A stretch of DNA of 64,000 bases from Tubiluchus corallicola (GCA_030141605.1 JAQGDQ010000513.1:94534-158533); one strand, 5' to 3'. Positions 39,875 through 52,217 are shown, numbered from the stretch's first letter. Numbers and translations: made by a program. The notes: generated from the letters alone by a model not told the origin.

Positions 39875-40467
39875 AGGAAAAGAAGATGATTGTCCATATA
39901 CTACCCCATATTCAAGTAGGGTAAAAAGTGTACATTTTAACACAATTAATATTGCAAAACCGTTGATGGTAATTAAATAATAGATTAAAAACTTAATTAA
40001 CAGCGGGCGAGCACAACAATTGATGACGTCACAAACGAACATAGTTTTTAACAGCAAAGACATTCTACGAGCGTGTTGAACGTGTTTGCGAAAGCGAAAA
40101 TTCAGTGTGTTTTACTAAAACTAGGCAAGTTTTAAGATAAAAATTCAAATTTACCGTTGTGCTCACGCAGGAGCTGTCAAACGTGTGCATTTCGTCAAAA
40201 ACTAACACATTTGAACTGAGAGGTACAGCAGCTGTTTTTTTTTGTGCAAGGCGTTTCCGAAATACAGGCGCTAGTGCCCCCCGTCTAACTAGAGAATGGC
40301 GAAATGCATGTAACAGGGAAGAATTAGTGGCGCGAACGTGAAATTGTGTTTGTGTGGTAATAATTCTTTAGCGCAAGTCATTTTTGCAAGAAATAGTACG
40401 TTTCCTTTCAATATTTTAAAGAGCAGATTGCTTTGACATGTAGTTTAAGATTGCGTCCGGTTTTGCT
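39875..40467 (-). mobile_element. Kolobok-type MITE family A
   Basis: TTAA on both sides; reverse-complement homologue of 34989-35601. Confidence 0.82.
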
Positions 40468-40977
40468 TTAAGTGCTCTGGCGTCGTCGACGCTTACTTTA
40501 AATGTTTTCGAATTAGTGGAACTGCCGCATTTTTTGTTTTAATGTCATGTGAACACGTCTTGCGAAACTTTGAAGACAGCGGAGGAATTTACAAAATGGT
40601 TTCTAGTTACGCATTAAGCTTGGCAACGGTTTTTCTCGCTAAAACCTCGCTCAGAAAATCGCTTCATTCGATTTTTTGCTTTTATCCATAATCTTGAACT
40701 AACCTTTTTTATCTGTAAAACCTTTATCCTCTAGCGCATATATGCTTTTTATCCTGTTTTCATATTTTATACCTTCTTACAAAAATTTTTTAAAAAAATA
40801 TTACGTGCTAAATAAATAATAAAGTCGTTTTGTTCAATAATAAAATTTGCTCGTCTTTTTACTGGTTTGCATAATTCAAGAATCTCAACCTTCTTGCCAT
40901 CAGAAGTTTCTGTGCTAACTCATATGCTCTCGCTTTCAAAATAAGCCTTTTCATAGTTCCAGCGATTGATCGTGTAA

Positions 40978-41273
40978 AGGTCAAAGGTTAAGTGTACCAG
41001 GCAACGCACTTGTGTACACTTGACAACGCCTCGCAGCTCATGCTAATGTAATAGTAACAGTTTTAACAGCTAGATAGAACCTTATCTAGTTCATTTTTCT
41101 TGTTCCCAAGCAAGATCCTGCTAGTAAACCACTCTACGCGCAGACTAATGCATAATTAAGTAAAGTCCACGTAAAACAACTGAAGTTGCTGAACTGAAGC
41201 GGCAGACGGCTTTGATAAGACAGTAAACAGTTTTAACAGCTACATAGAACCTTACCTAGTTCATTTTTTCTTG
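40978..41273. mobile_element. Repeat family C, inverted partial copy
   Basis: Reverse complement of 20685-20920, plus a small internal re-duplication at 41225-41273. Confidence 0.75.
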
Positions 41274-41692
41274 TTAAGGCTCATTGTATCCTTGTGAAAC
41301 TTTGACCGAAGCCCGACGTTTCTCCCCGTCGTTATGACGTGGGGCAATTTCAAGAGGCTATCCGGATGTCTTTGTTAGGGCTTTTTAATGAAGAGGTGAA
41401 TTCTCTACGGAGCACCAGTTCTGTTATATAATGGCCATTACTGTGGTTGTTAACCCTTTCATGTACATTTCGTTTTGTGGCATTTTGCCCTGAGCCACTT
41501 ATTCTACTAAATACGCAAGGAGCTATTTAAAAAATAAGAATTCGACACAAATCTTATAATAAAGATTACGTCAGTCTTACGTCATGGTCTCTGTGTGGTG
41601 TGAATTTGATCGATAAAATATCCATGGGTTCAAACATATTTTATCATCTTGTGTGCTACTGTAGAATTAAACAAAATTTCGATTTTCAAGCT

Positions 41693-42270
41693 TTTATTGA
41701 TTGATTGATTTAATACTTCATTTCACACTTTACAAAGTTCATATACACATCACAAATTAATACAAATAATACAATAAATTATGACACACAATAATAACAC
41801 AAAATATTAATTAACGATATAACAAACTACGCCAATGACATCTAATTACAGAAGTAAAGTTTACATCACTGTTTAAAATGTTCTTGCATATAAAATTTTC
41901 ACTCTTATTCAGCCTGACGGGTACACTCTGTGTACATTTTCTCTGAATCACATCAAATAAGATTAAGTCTAGTAGAAATATATCTGGCGCTCGTATCATA
42001 TGAAAAGTTAAACAGCTTCCGTTCTGATACATTATATGCAACCTTGAGTTTGCTAAGATTGTAAGACTAAAAATTCACCAAGTGGACATACAGTAAAAAG
42101 TAGTGCAGTAAGCATTAAACAATTGTCTCTTCATGTTAACTGAACAGTGAGTAAATTTTCATGAGTAATTTATTGACTCTGCCGTAGTAAATTGAACGTT
42201 GTCGTAATATATCTAAATCATCTCTATTGTCTTGCGATAAAATATGACCCAGATATTTTTCGTTTCTTTT
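41693..42270 (-). mobile_element. Degenerate LINE 3' fragment
   Basis: KYLGHILSQDNRDDLDILRQRSIYYGRVNKLL in ORF 42136-42351 is post-RT sequence of non-LTR elements; short (TCAA)n tail at ~41695-41712 on the minus strand. Confidence 0.65.
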
Positions 42271-42495
42271 ATAATATCTTTGCTGTTTTCTATCATTTAC
42301 GGTTTTATCCAACATCCATGTGCAGCTGGTGTGTAAAATACTGGAATGCAAAGCATTGGGTTATTCGTGTATTGAGGTTTTTTTGTCCAACTGCTTGGAC
42401 GTGTTACTATAGAATCCATTTCGTGAATGTGTTATTTAGACCTCTATTCAGCTTTGTCATAGAATCCGTTTCATTGTAAAAATTTAGAATGGAGG

Positions 42496-42823
42496 TACGA
42501 CTCCATGTGCGCGTAATGCGTGATCAGTAATGCGTGATGCGTATACGACAGTTTATATTTAAGCACGTGGAAGTGTTTCTATGCGTACGTAATGTGTAAT
42601 ACGTGATACGCTCAAACGCGACGGCTATCGTCTGAATACGCATCACGCATTACGGATCACGCGTTACGCGCACATAGAGTCGTAGCTTAAGAAGTTACTC
42701 TACAGTGATATCATGATACACTCAAACGTGATGGCTATCGTCTGAATACGCATCACGCATTACGGATCACGCGTTACGCGCACATAGAGTCGTAGCTTAA
42801 AAAGTTACTCTACAGTGATGTCA
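42496..42823. mobile_element. Small foldback element with a 110-bp tandem duplication of its right arm
   Basis: tacgactccatgtgcgcgtaatgcgtgatc... pairs with ...gatcacgcgttacgcgcacatagagtcgta (ends at 42684 and again at 42794). Confidence 0.75.
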
Positions 42824-43232
42824 CCGTGTAAGAAGTGGCTAAAAACTAGAAGATTCAGCAAGGGTAGACTTTACATCCTTAACGTCAACTATGATTTCCA
42901 ATTTGGTATTTGAGATCTGTTCAATATTTTAAAGCTTATGAATAAGTAAACACACTGATTTTTGCAAGTGCCGTAGTGAAGTGTTATGATACTGTAGAAT
43001 TCTGTAAGCTCATTTACATTGTCTTTGTCTACATTGCTGAATCATTTTCTGGTCTCAGCTCAGTCATTTTCACATCTTCATAACTTTTTTTCACTGACAC
43101 TGAATGAAAATTTATTTTTGTGAACTTTTTAACCTTTGTATAATGTTGCTGTTTTCTGAAAAGTAGAAAATTTTGGACTATGAAACGTTTCAATTTTGCT
43201 ATCCCTGTCAAAGATTGTAAATGGTCAGTAAA

Positions 43233-43690
43233 CCACTACCGCTACTACCGATATTGCTACTACCACTGCAACTACCACTACTGCTGCCACTATTACTGCC
43301 ACTACTGCTGGCGCTACTGCTGCCGCTACTGCTGCCACTACTACTGCCGCTACTGCTGCCAATACTGCTGCCGCTACTGCTGCCACTACTACTGCCGCTA
43401 CTGCTGCTAATACTGCTGCCGCTACTGCTACCATTACCACTACTACTACCACTACTACTAACACTACTGCTGCCACTGCTACTGCCGCTACTGCTGCCAA
43501 TACTGCTGCCGCTACTGCTACTGCTACCATTACCACTACTACTGCCCTCCTACTGCCGCTAGTAGTACTGCTACTGCCACTGCCACTTACTACTACTACT
43601 ACCACCACCACCACCACTAGCAGTAGTAGTAGTCGTACCACTACCACTACTACTACTACTACTACAAAAATTACCAAAAACTACTAATGC
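43233..43690. repeat. Degenerate trinucleotide repeat (CTA/CTG/CCA/CCG)
   Basis: Direct observation; explains the Leu/Pro, Cys/Tyr and Val/Ala ORFs. Confidence 0.95.
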
Positions 43691-43763
43691 TACTTGCAGT
43701 AAGGCCTTATTTAATTTAAACGATTGCTACTTTTAAAACAATGGTATTACAAAAACGACTTAA

Positions 43764-44423
43764 AGAACAAGAAAAGGAGTACCTGAAGTAAGTTTCAGAA
43801 AAATCGCATTAAGAAATTATACTACTTTATAGCAATTTTATGTGTATATTGTACTCGCGTTAAAATGATTTGTTGCTTGTTTTCATTTTAAACTTCCCGC
43901 GACACTGTTCCGACCGCGCCATTGCATGACGTGATATATGAACAACGTAAATCACGGGAAGAAAAGGAAATGTTAAACTATGTCCTAAAAAACTTTCCAT
44001 GCAAATTTATATTACTTAGCATTTTGCTTACCTGCTTGAACGACTTATGTAACTAGAAAAGAAAATTATTAATTATTTAAAATATTTTCACCAATTGGCA
44101 AAATGTCGATGACTCACCTCCAGGGTGCACCACTCACTAGCCAAAAACGTATTTTTAATCTCATTAACAAGATACAGTAACTTTAAATTTTACTTATTTA
44201 GTGACGTGTGCACTACGAATGCTCTAATTATTTTTTAAAACTTTACTCAAAGTTATCTAAACTTGTTCAAATGACTTATCGTCAAAATGACTGCATCTAA
44301 CGGTCATTGCGAGAGTTTAAATTTACGTGCTTTATACAGCGTCACTGACGATGCAAGCCCTGTATGCAAAAAGGTAGTATGTAATCTTTTAAGCTTTATG
44401 TAAGTGGAGGGTTTTCTTGTGCT
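43764..44423 (+). mobile_element. Kolobok-type MITE family B
   Basis: ttaa|agaacaagaaaaggagtacctgaag ... gagggttttcttgtgct. Confidence 0.82.
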
Positions 44424-44860
44424 TTAGTTGACTTGGTGCAAATGTAGATATGTCTCTCTAGTAGTCGGAAAACTCAATGGGTGCCGACTGTAGCGGATGT
44501 AATATTAGTACATTGTACATACAATACTTACAGGACCTAATAATAACCTGTATAAATATTTGTTATTTTATCAAAGCGTGCCAAGCCTTAATGGGAAGCT
44601 GATATATGCAGCCGTCCCCATTCATATGCATAGCAGATGTTTTAGAGGAGACTAGCGGATTAAGTGTCGATGTAGCTTATTTTCATTTTTCGTGTTTTCT
44701 TGCTTGCGTGTGGAAAAAAGGTGGCGTGATTTGTATGGCAGTTATATTTATTGTGGTGTTCTGGACAAATGCCAGCGAAATACTAACTGTGAACTAACCC
44801 CAATCGTACTATGTAAGCAGTTCCACGGTGTTTTGTGCAGCCCACTGTCTCCTCCTAAAT

Positions 44861-45323
44861 CAATGGCGGCTCGTAGCGAAAATTAGTGAGGATGCTGTTT
44901 CAGAAAATTGTTAGCCATTGTTTCAATACGTATAAAGCGACACAAACATATGTAATTTTAAACAAACAAACATACGAAAGTTTATTCATAAACTTGATAA
45001 AACCCTAAACAAAAAATATTTTTTGCTTACTAATAGCGTAAATTGTCGCAGTTCAGCTTGATCCATTCACGGTAAGCACGTGACAACTGACAACAAACTG
45101 TGTGAGCAGCAGTACTTTCTCTACCTGGGCTCAGACATGTCCGCATGCGCACAACAGCCAAACACCACGTTGCTCCAGCGCACTGTGCTGGGCTGTAAAG
45201 CAAACAGTACTACTCTCCGTACCAGTACAAAGAAAGAACTAAAGAAAAAAGACTTATTATACTGAATATAGTGAAAATAGGGGGTGCTGCAGTATCACAG
45301 TACCTATACACGAGGCGCCATTG
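44861..45323 (+). mobile_element. hAT-type MITE family D
   Basis: TIRs caatggcggctcgt / acgaggcgccattg; degenerate 8-bp TSD tcctaaat / tcctaggt. Confidence 0.8.
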
Positions 45324-46353
45324 TCCTAGGTGTCGTTGACTGCTGATTGGAATTGAAGTCTACTTTGCTGCAAAGTCTGTCAAACTACCTATTTGTACAT
45401 AATTCCTTGACCAGCAAGGACTTCCATTAAATTTAAATGGTATAAATTTTTGAAAGCGATAAATCAAAGCTATAGCAAAAGTGTGGCCAGAGCAATATAA
45501 AGGCACTTCTATAAAGATACAAACTGTTCATGAAAATAGTTATAGATCTCTTTACTGAATTTTATTCATACTACACAATTAACCCATGTTACGTACACCA
45601 ATCTAACAACTGAATTAGTAAGATCATCACCGGATAATGCTATAGGCTTTTATGGGCTTCAGCCTAGGGTCCTTCAAGCTTGAGAGGGTCAAGCTTTGGT
45701 AACATTAAATTATTTGGCAAAAACCTGTTTTTTCCAATATGGTTGCGTTGAAATGTCTGTTAATTTGGTTTGCAATAAATAGTAAAATAGTGGTACTTCT
45801 TAAAAGCTATTCTAGTTTACTTAAAGAATTTGCAATACGTTTACTTCAACCTATTTAAATGTCGATAAAATATATCACAAGTATAATATAGTCAAGAGGG
45901 GTGCGGGCGAGTTAGAGGGTGGGGCTCCGTCTGAGGGGGCCATAATTTCATTAGCCTATGCGCCCCAATTCCGCCCTGAATAAAGTAATGTCTCAATTTT
46001 GGCTTTTGGTATACAGTTCATGCGTTACAGTTATTGATATTTCCACCTTTGGCGATTTAAAAGAACAAGTTTTGTTATATTACAATTTATATATTAAATA
46101 TACACAATTTACATATATTTGTTATATTAAAAAAAAGTTTTACGTCGTTGAGAAGGAAAAAATGAGAACTACGTCAAGATAAGTTCTTGGGTGTTCAGTA
46201 AAATTGTGGTCTGAAATGACAGACACATTCTTTGCATTAGAAGCACATGGGAACATCTGTGGATCAGGGAACCACAGAACAAATTGTCCTATTGCCAGAC
46301 CTGCTCCTCGTGTATAGCATTTTAAGACTTATCGTATATATTGATTTCGGTGG

Positions 46354-46630
46354 TATATATATATATATAAGATTCGAGGCCACAACTTCGACGGCGGTAC
46401 CATTTACGACGATCTGTATAGCAAGCGAAAGGTCTCGATCTAGTGCCGTGCCATTGGGGGTTTATTTTTCGAATCGGGCCCCCTGGGAAGAATGGGGGCC
46501 AAAAAACCTCCAAAAACGGCCATTTTCGGCCGTTTTTTCAAAACGTATACCTCTTATTTATGAAGCACTGGAACGGGCCGGGGGTGGTGCCGGCCATGGA
46601 TATATAGCGGTGGGTGTAGTAGGCGTATTT
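46354..46630 (+). mobile_element. Dispersed repeat family E
   Basis: Homologous to 37365-37650; explains ORF 46247-46723. Confidence 0.75.
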
Positions 46631-47729
46631 AGAATATGCGACAGGGCCACGGTTGTTTTCCCGGACCCAACTCGCGATTTTTTCGAAATTTTGGTCAAAC
46701 AGCCTGCAGAAAAAACGCTCTAGCAGCGCTTGGTGGGACTCTCGGAAGGAGGTATACCACTCTTTAGAAAGAGGAAGAACAGGGCTACACGATGATGTGA
46801 GCTATATTTTTGACATGTCCATCAAAAGGAATACCGACGAGTTAATTAGATGTTCTATTTTCGGCAATTTGTTGTGACGTCATCCATTATATTCTGTCTA
46901 TAACACTTTAATTCAGTAAAAACTGCTGCTGCTGCTGGCTTTGAGTTATAAATGAGGACTGTGTAGGATGTTCGCATATTATTTATTATAAGTGTATTTA
47001 TACGCAAAAATTTTTGCGGGGCCTTTTCTAGTGAATATATTAATTCTTTATTTGTCATTAAAATGGTTCACTCATTATGATAAAATTGAGTAAGCCTTCA
47101 GTTTGGTTTAACATAATTAAAGGGGAAACAAACCCAAGCACTGGAAAGCAAACTGTGAAATCGTAAATGAGCTTCTGAAACAATCAGACAAGTCACAGGT
47201 GACGATAGTGACAAATTATTGTCTTAGCAAGATTTGATGCAATTAAGCAGGTGCAGCGTCTTAATTATTGTACTTATTGTTAAAATTCTTCATTGATTAC
47301 TGAGTTTGGAAAGCTGATTTACGAAGCCCCAGGTGCAAATCGTTTGTTAGCATAACACAGCTTATAACGTGCACTACATAAATCATGCTTTCTATCGACC
47401 TACCTCAGGGACTCATTTTAGCTGGAAAGAAAATAAGAATTTTGTTTGACGAGGACATTAACGCGTAGTTAACTGCTTTTAACGAAATTTAATTAAATCT
47501 GAGCAAGATTGAGCAGCTAGCACGGTAAATGAAAAGGTTGATACCTCCATGCTTAATCATAATGTAAAAGTAACAAAGAGAGAGCAAACAAAGGCTAGAG
47601 AAATTAAGAGAAATGTTGACATTGATATATATTAATGAGTTGTTCTCTGTTCGTTTTTTACGTAGACTTTTTGATAAGAAGAATCAGTTCTTTTGGGCCC
47701 GATGGCTTTCTTTATACTTTGCACACGTG

Positions 47730-49030
47730 ACTGTTCATGGACAATTCAATTCTTGCTACGTCTTGGGAATCCTGTATTGAGAAATTGAAATTACTTTTAG
47801 AATTTTGCGACGAATTCGGTATGTCAGTTAACCAAACAAAAACAGAATTTATGGTTATAAACGGTGCGCATGAAGATAGAACTACTTTTGCGTGTGGCAA
47901 TTTGCGAGTTAATTATACACAATCTTACTGGTATTTAGGGTCTCCTATCACAGACGACGGTTAAAATGTCTTCCGTTATGAAAATCCATGTTAGAAACAA
48001 ATTCAAACATATGCTACTTGAATATGAATATCGAAACATATGAATACGTGTCTTTTATGGATCGTAATTATAACATGACATTAAAAAAGAAAGTTGCAGA
48101 GGCTTGCGTAACAAGTGCCTTGTTATATGGATTTCAAACATGTTTAACTAGTGAATTTAAAGGTTTAGAAGTGTCGTACAATAAGGTAGTGAAAGTTTTA
48201 CTTGGGGTGAAATTACAAACACCCATTGAATGTTATGCTGAAGCTGACATGCCAAGGTTAAAAGACAGAATTCTTAAGAGAAGAACTGACTACATGAACG
48301 AAAAGCTTCGTTCATGGAGCCTCGACGAACCAATTGCTATAGCTAGGGAGCTTATGAATAACCTGTCAAGTAATTCCTCGAATTTTAGAGCATTCAGTCG
48401 TTGTTTTGATCATTGTTCAAGAAGTAGCCTAGAATGCATTACAAGAGAAAGTCAGACAAAGACTAGATTCACCTCTTACTTAAATCCCTCCGCAGAACAA
48501 CATGAAATTTGTAAATGTACTATTCCTCCTGCCCTTAGAATTAACTTTAGCCATTTTGCTCTGTCTTCTCACAGACTGAAAGTTGAGACAGGACGATGGC
48601 ATAGACCCCCTGTCCCACGCGACTTAAGGCTGTGTCCCTGCAGTAACGCAGTGCAACACGAAGAACGCGTTGTTACTGTGTGTGAATTGAATTAACAAAA
48701 GCCGTGAGAGAAAAATACAATCTAAATTTAAGTAATGTTTTGGAGTTTCGTAATATCAACCCCTTAACCTGTGGAAAATTTTAACCGATATTTTTAATTT
48801 CTGTATGTAAGTGACAGTTAAGTTAGCTAAAATTTTATCACTAAATTGTTATCTAGTTATTAATACCTTTTGGATGTTATGTTTTGCTGTGTATTATACG
48901 CTATACTTTAGCAAAATTTCTTAACTAATATTTGTGTCGTGTGTAACATTGCGCGTAACCGTATCGTTATTGTAAATGTACGTGTAATTTTGTTGGTCGT
49001 AATGACAATAAAAATACTACTACTACTATA
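47730..49030 (+). mobile_element. 5'-truncated, disrupted LINE (RT C-terminus and Cys-rich tail, RTE-X-like)
   Basis: LLLEFCDEFGMSVNQTKTEFMV...YWYLG; LSSHRLKVETGRW...RLCPCSNAVQHEERVVTVC; a stop/frameshift near 47962; aataaaaa(tac)n tail at ~49008-49029. Confidence 0.85.
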
Positions 49031-49175
49031 GTTATTAACGGCTGGAAATGGTTCTAGCTATGCAAAATTCTTGCTGTTTCTGGCTGTAGCGTTTGTCCTG
49101 TTTGTAAATGCTTTGTGGATCTTGGGTTTGTACTAAAATTCGCTTACCCCGTATAGACCTCTGACTTAACCTTAA

Positions 49176-49832
49176 AGCACAAGAAAACTTATATATAGCT
49201 TAAAAATTCGTCTTGAAATTTTACACCATTTACACACTGCCTTTTTGTATGCAAAGCTTCGCGGCAGTAACGCTGTATAAAAGTTGTAAATTAACACTCT
49301 CGCGATGACCGTTAGACGCAGCCATTTTAATTGGAGGTCGTTTGAAACAAATTTAGATAATATTGTGAAAAGTTTGAAAAAATAATCAGAACATTTGTAG
49401 CGCACACGCGCTATTAACTAAGTAAAATTTTAAGTTATTGTATCTTTTCAATAAGATTAAAAATACGTTTTTGGTTAGTGAGTGGCGCACCCTGGACGGT
49501 GAGTCAGCGACATTTTACCACAAACATTTTAAATTATTATTTGTAGTTACATAAGTCTTTTCAGCAACTAAGCGAAATTCTAAGTAATATAGATTTGCAC
49601 GAAAAGTTTTTTGGGACATAGTTCAACATTTCATTTTCTTCCCCTGATTTACATTGTGCGTGTATGACGTCATGTAATGGCGACTTTAGAACAGTATTGC
49701 AGGAGAGTTAAAATGAAAACAAACAAAAATTCCTTTTAACGTGAGTAGGATATACGCATAAAATTGCTATAAAGTAATATAATTTTTTCAGGCGATTTTT
49801 CCAAAACCTACTTCAGGTACCCCTTTTCTTGT
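49176..49832 (-). mobile_element. Kolobok-type MITE family B
   Basis: ttaa|agcacaagaaaa ... cttcaggtaccccttttcttgt; reverse complement of 43764-44423. Confidence 0.82.
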
Positions 49833-50175
49833 TACGTGCTGGTAAGGCTCACCCAAAAAGTGGGCAGACAATTTACTGCTTCCACATTCCTCTTACATGG
49901 CCGCCATTTTATGATCTACCAATACGGTGTTTGTACAACCATGTTAATAATGATGAACAATATTTCTTTTGACAAAATTATCTGCTTTTATAGTCTGAAG
50001 ATTGCATGGTGAGCAGAAAGAAACATAGGCCTAGTTCAGTTTTTGACTCTCTGTAACATTTATTTTTTGCACGATTTTCACTTATGGATGCCTCTTTATT
50101 TGACTTGGGAGCATCGCCTAAAAGCTATTTTATTTTAATAGCTACATTAATAAGAAACATTTTACTTCATTGCAG

Positions 50176-52217
50176 AGTCGAATGACGCAAAGGAGAACAC
50201 TTCTGCCAATATGCAACAGCAAGACACAGAAACAGCGGAGGTTGAACCACATGGTATAAAAAGACCACACGATGAAGATAACGAGGGGCCATCGGAAGTG
50301 GGAAAGAAACGGAAGAAAAAGCCCCGTCAGCGGATGTTCAGTCCGGCTTTACCTAAAAATGCACTCGTGCAACTTAACGAAATAAAGCCGGGTCTGGAAT
50401 ACAAGTTAGTGTCGCAGGTAGGGCCCGTTCATGCACCACAGTTTACTATGCAAGTAGTCGTGAATGGCGAAACCTACGAAGGTAAAGGTGCGACAAAGAA
50501 AAGAGCTAAACAAAATGCTGCAGAAAAGGCACTTCGGTCTTTCGTCCAATTTCCAAATGCTTCTGATGCACATAAGGCCATGGGTTTAGAAGTCCATGAA
50601 GGTGACTTTACGTCTGATGCTGCAGAACAGGAGGAAACATTATTTAATGCATTTGAGCCGATTCCTAAAACCGAAAAGAAGAGTGAGACACAGTTAAATG
50701 GTTCTAGTCCCACCAATATTGTGCACCCACCGGTTGGATCAAAAGCTCCAGTAACACATCATCCATTGGGCAAGAACCCTGTCATGTTGCTAAATGAACT
50801 TCGACCCGGATTGAAATACGAATTTGTTTCGGAGACTGGCGAGAGCCACGCCAAGAGTTTCACTGTTGCCGTTACTGTAGATGACCAGGTGTTTCAAGGA
50901 TGTGGTCGCAACAAAAAGATAGCCAAGGCTCGTGCCGCACAAGCTGTATTAAGTGAATTGTACAAGATGGAAATGAATTCCACAAAAACTTCTCAGCCCA
51001 TTCCCAGCGGCGGCGGAATTCAGTTAAGTGTACCACAGATGCTTGCTGACAGTGTCTACAAAGCAATGATGGCCAAATTTGCTGAACTAACAAATGATTT
51101 TACGTCGCCGCACGCACGACGTAAAGTCCTTGCTGGTTTTGTCATGACAGTTGGGGAAGATATCCGCAATCTTCAAGTGATATCGCTAGGCACAGGCACA
51201 AAGTGTGTGAATGGCGAATATATCAGTGACCGCGGTAAATCATTGAACGATTCCCATGCAGAAATCATTGCTAGAAGAGCTCTCATTACTTATCTCTACG
51301 ATCAGCTAGAGTATCATCTTACACCTGGGGAAGAAGATAAGTCCATATTTATTAAAAAAGATGATGATGCTGGTTACAAATTACGAGACGGAGTGCGCTT
51401 TCACTTGTACATTAGCACCTCTCCATGTGGCGATGCTCGCATTTTCAGTCCTCATGAAGTTAATGCCGAAACCGACTTCGGAGACCGACATCCCAACCGA
51501 AAAGCTCGGGGGCAGCTGCGTACCAAAATTGAGTCAGGTGAGGGAACAATTCCTGTAAAGGCTGATCAGTCTGTTCAAACGTGGGATGGGGTTCTTCAAG
51601 GGGAGAGGTTACTAACCATGTCTTGCTCTGACAAGATATCAAGGTGGAATGTTCTTGGTTTACAAGGTTCGCTGCTCTCGCAATTTGTCGATCCTATTTA
51701 CGTAGACAGCATAATTCTTGGAAGCTTGTATCATGCCGACCACCTGAGCAGAGCAATGTATGATCGCATCAGCAACAAAGAGCCATTGCCAGCTCCATTC
51801 CGTCTCAACAAACCCATGTTATGTGGAATATCAAACGCAGAGCCCAGGCAGCCCGGAAAAGCGCCCGGCTTTTCGGCCAACTGGACAATAAGAATGCCCA
51901 AGTTGGAAATTGTAAATGCAATCACTGGTAAAGAAGAGAGTGGGAGGCCTTCGCGCCTGTGCAAGCAGGCGCAGTTCAAGCGTTTTCACAACCTTTACGG
52001 TAAAATTTCGTCTCGCATATCTCAATCTACGGACCTTGATCAGTCAGCGTTGTACTGGGATATGAAAAATGCTGTCGCCGAATACCAGCTGGCCAAACAG
52101 CGAATGTTTAAGGCTTTCCTTACTGCGGGCCTCGGATCTTGGGTAAAGAAACCGATAGAGCAAGACCAATTCAATTTAGAAACAGCCATTCCTGAAGCAG
52201 ATTCTGGTCAGGCTTAA
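50176..52217 (+). CDS. ADARB1: Double-stranded RNA-specific editase 1 (ADAR2), main coding exon; listed ORF 50211-52217, 668 aa
   Basis: Basic NLS (KKRKKKPR); two dsRBDs ([15 protein letters not shown]...[13 protein letters not shown]; [14 protein letters not shown]...[14 protein letters not shown]); deaminase motifs [57 protein letters not shown]. No Z-alpha domain or third dsRBD, so not ADAR1. The frame stays open back to the acceptor ttcattgcag| at 50175 (xAG TCG AAT GAC GCA AAG GAG AAC = SNDAKEN). Confidence 0.97.

Noticed and set aside
43180-43677. Low-complexity ORFs on both strands
   Set aside because: Trinucleotide repeat artefacts.
46247-46723. 158-aa ORF
   Set aside because: Runs through repeat family E and a (TA)n tract, with no recognisable domain.
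50474-52025. Short antisense and alternate-frame ORFs within ADAR2
   Set aside because: Shadow ORFs of a real coding exon.
50211-52217. Interpretation as a processed pseudogene, ADAR1, ADAR3 or ADAD
   Set aside because: The frame and HAE/PCG/SCSDK motifs are intact, there is an upstream splice acceptor and no poly(A) remnant after the stop, and the two-dsRBD architecture and motifs match ADAR2.
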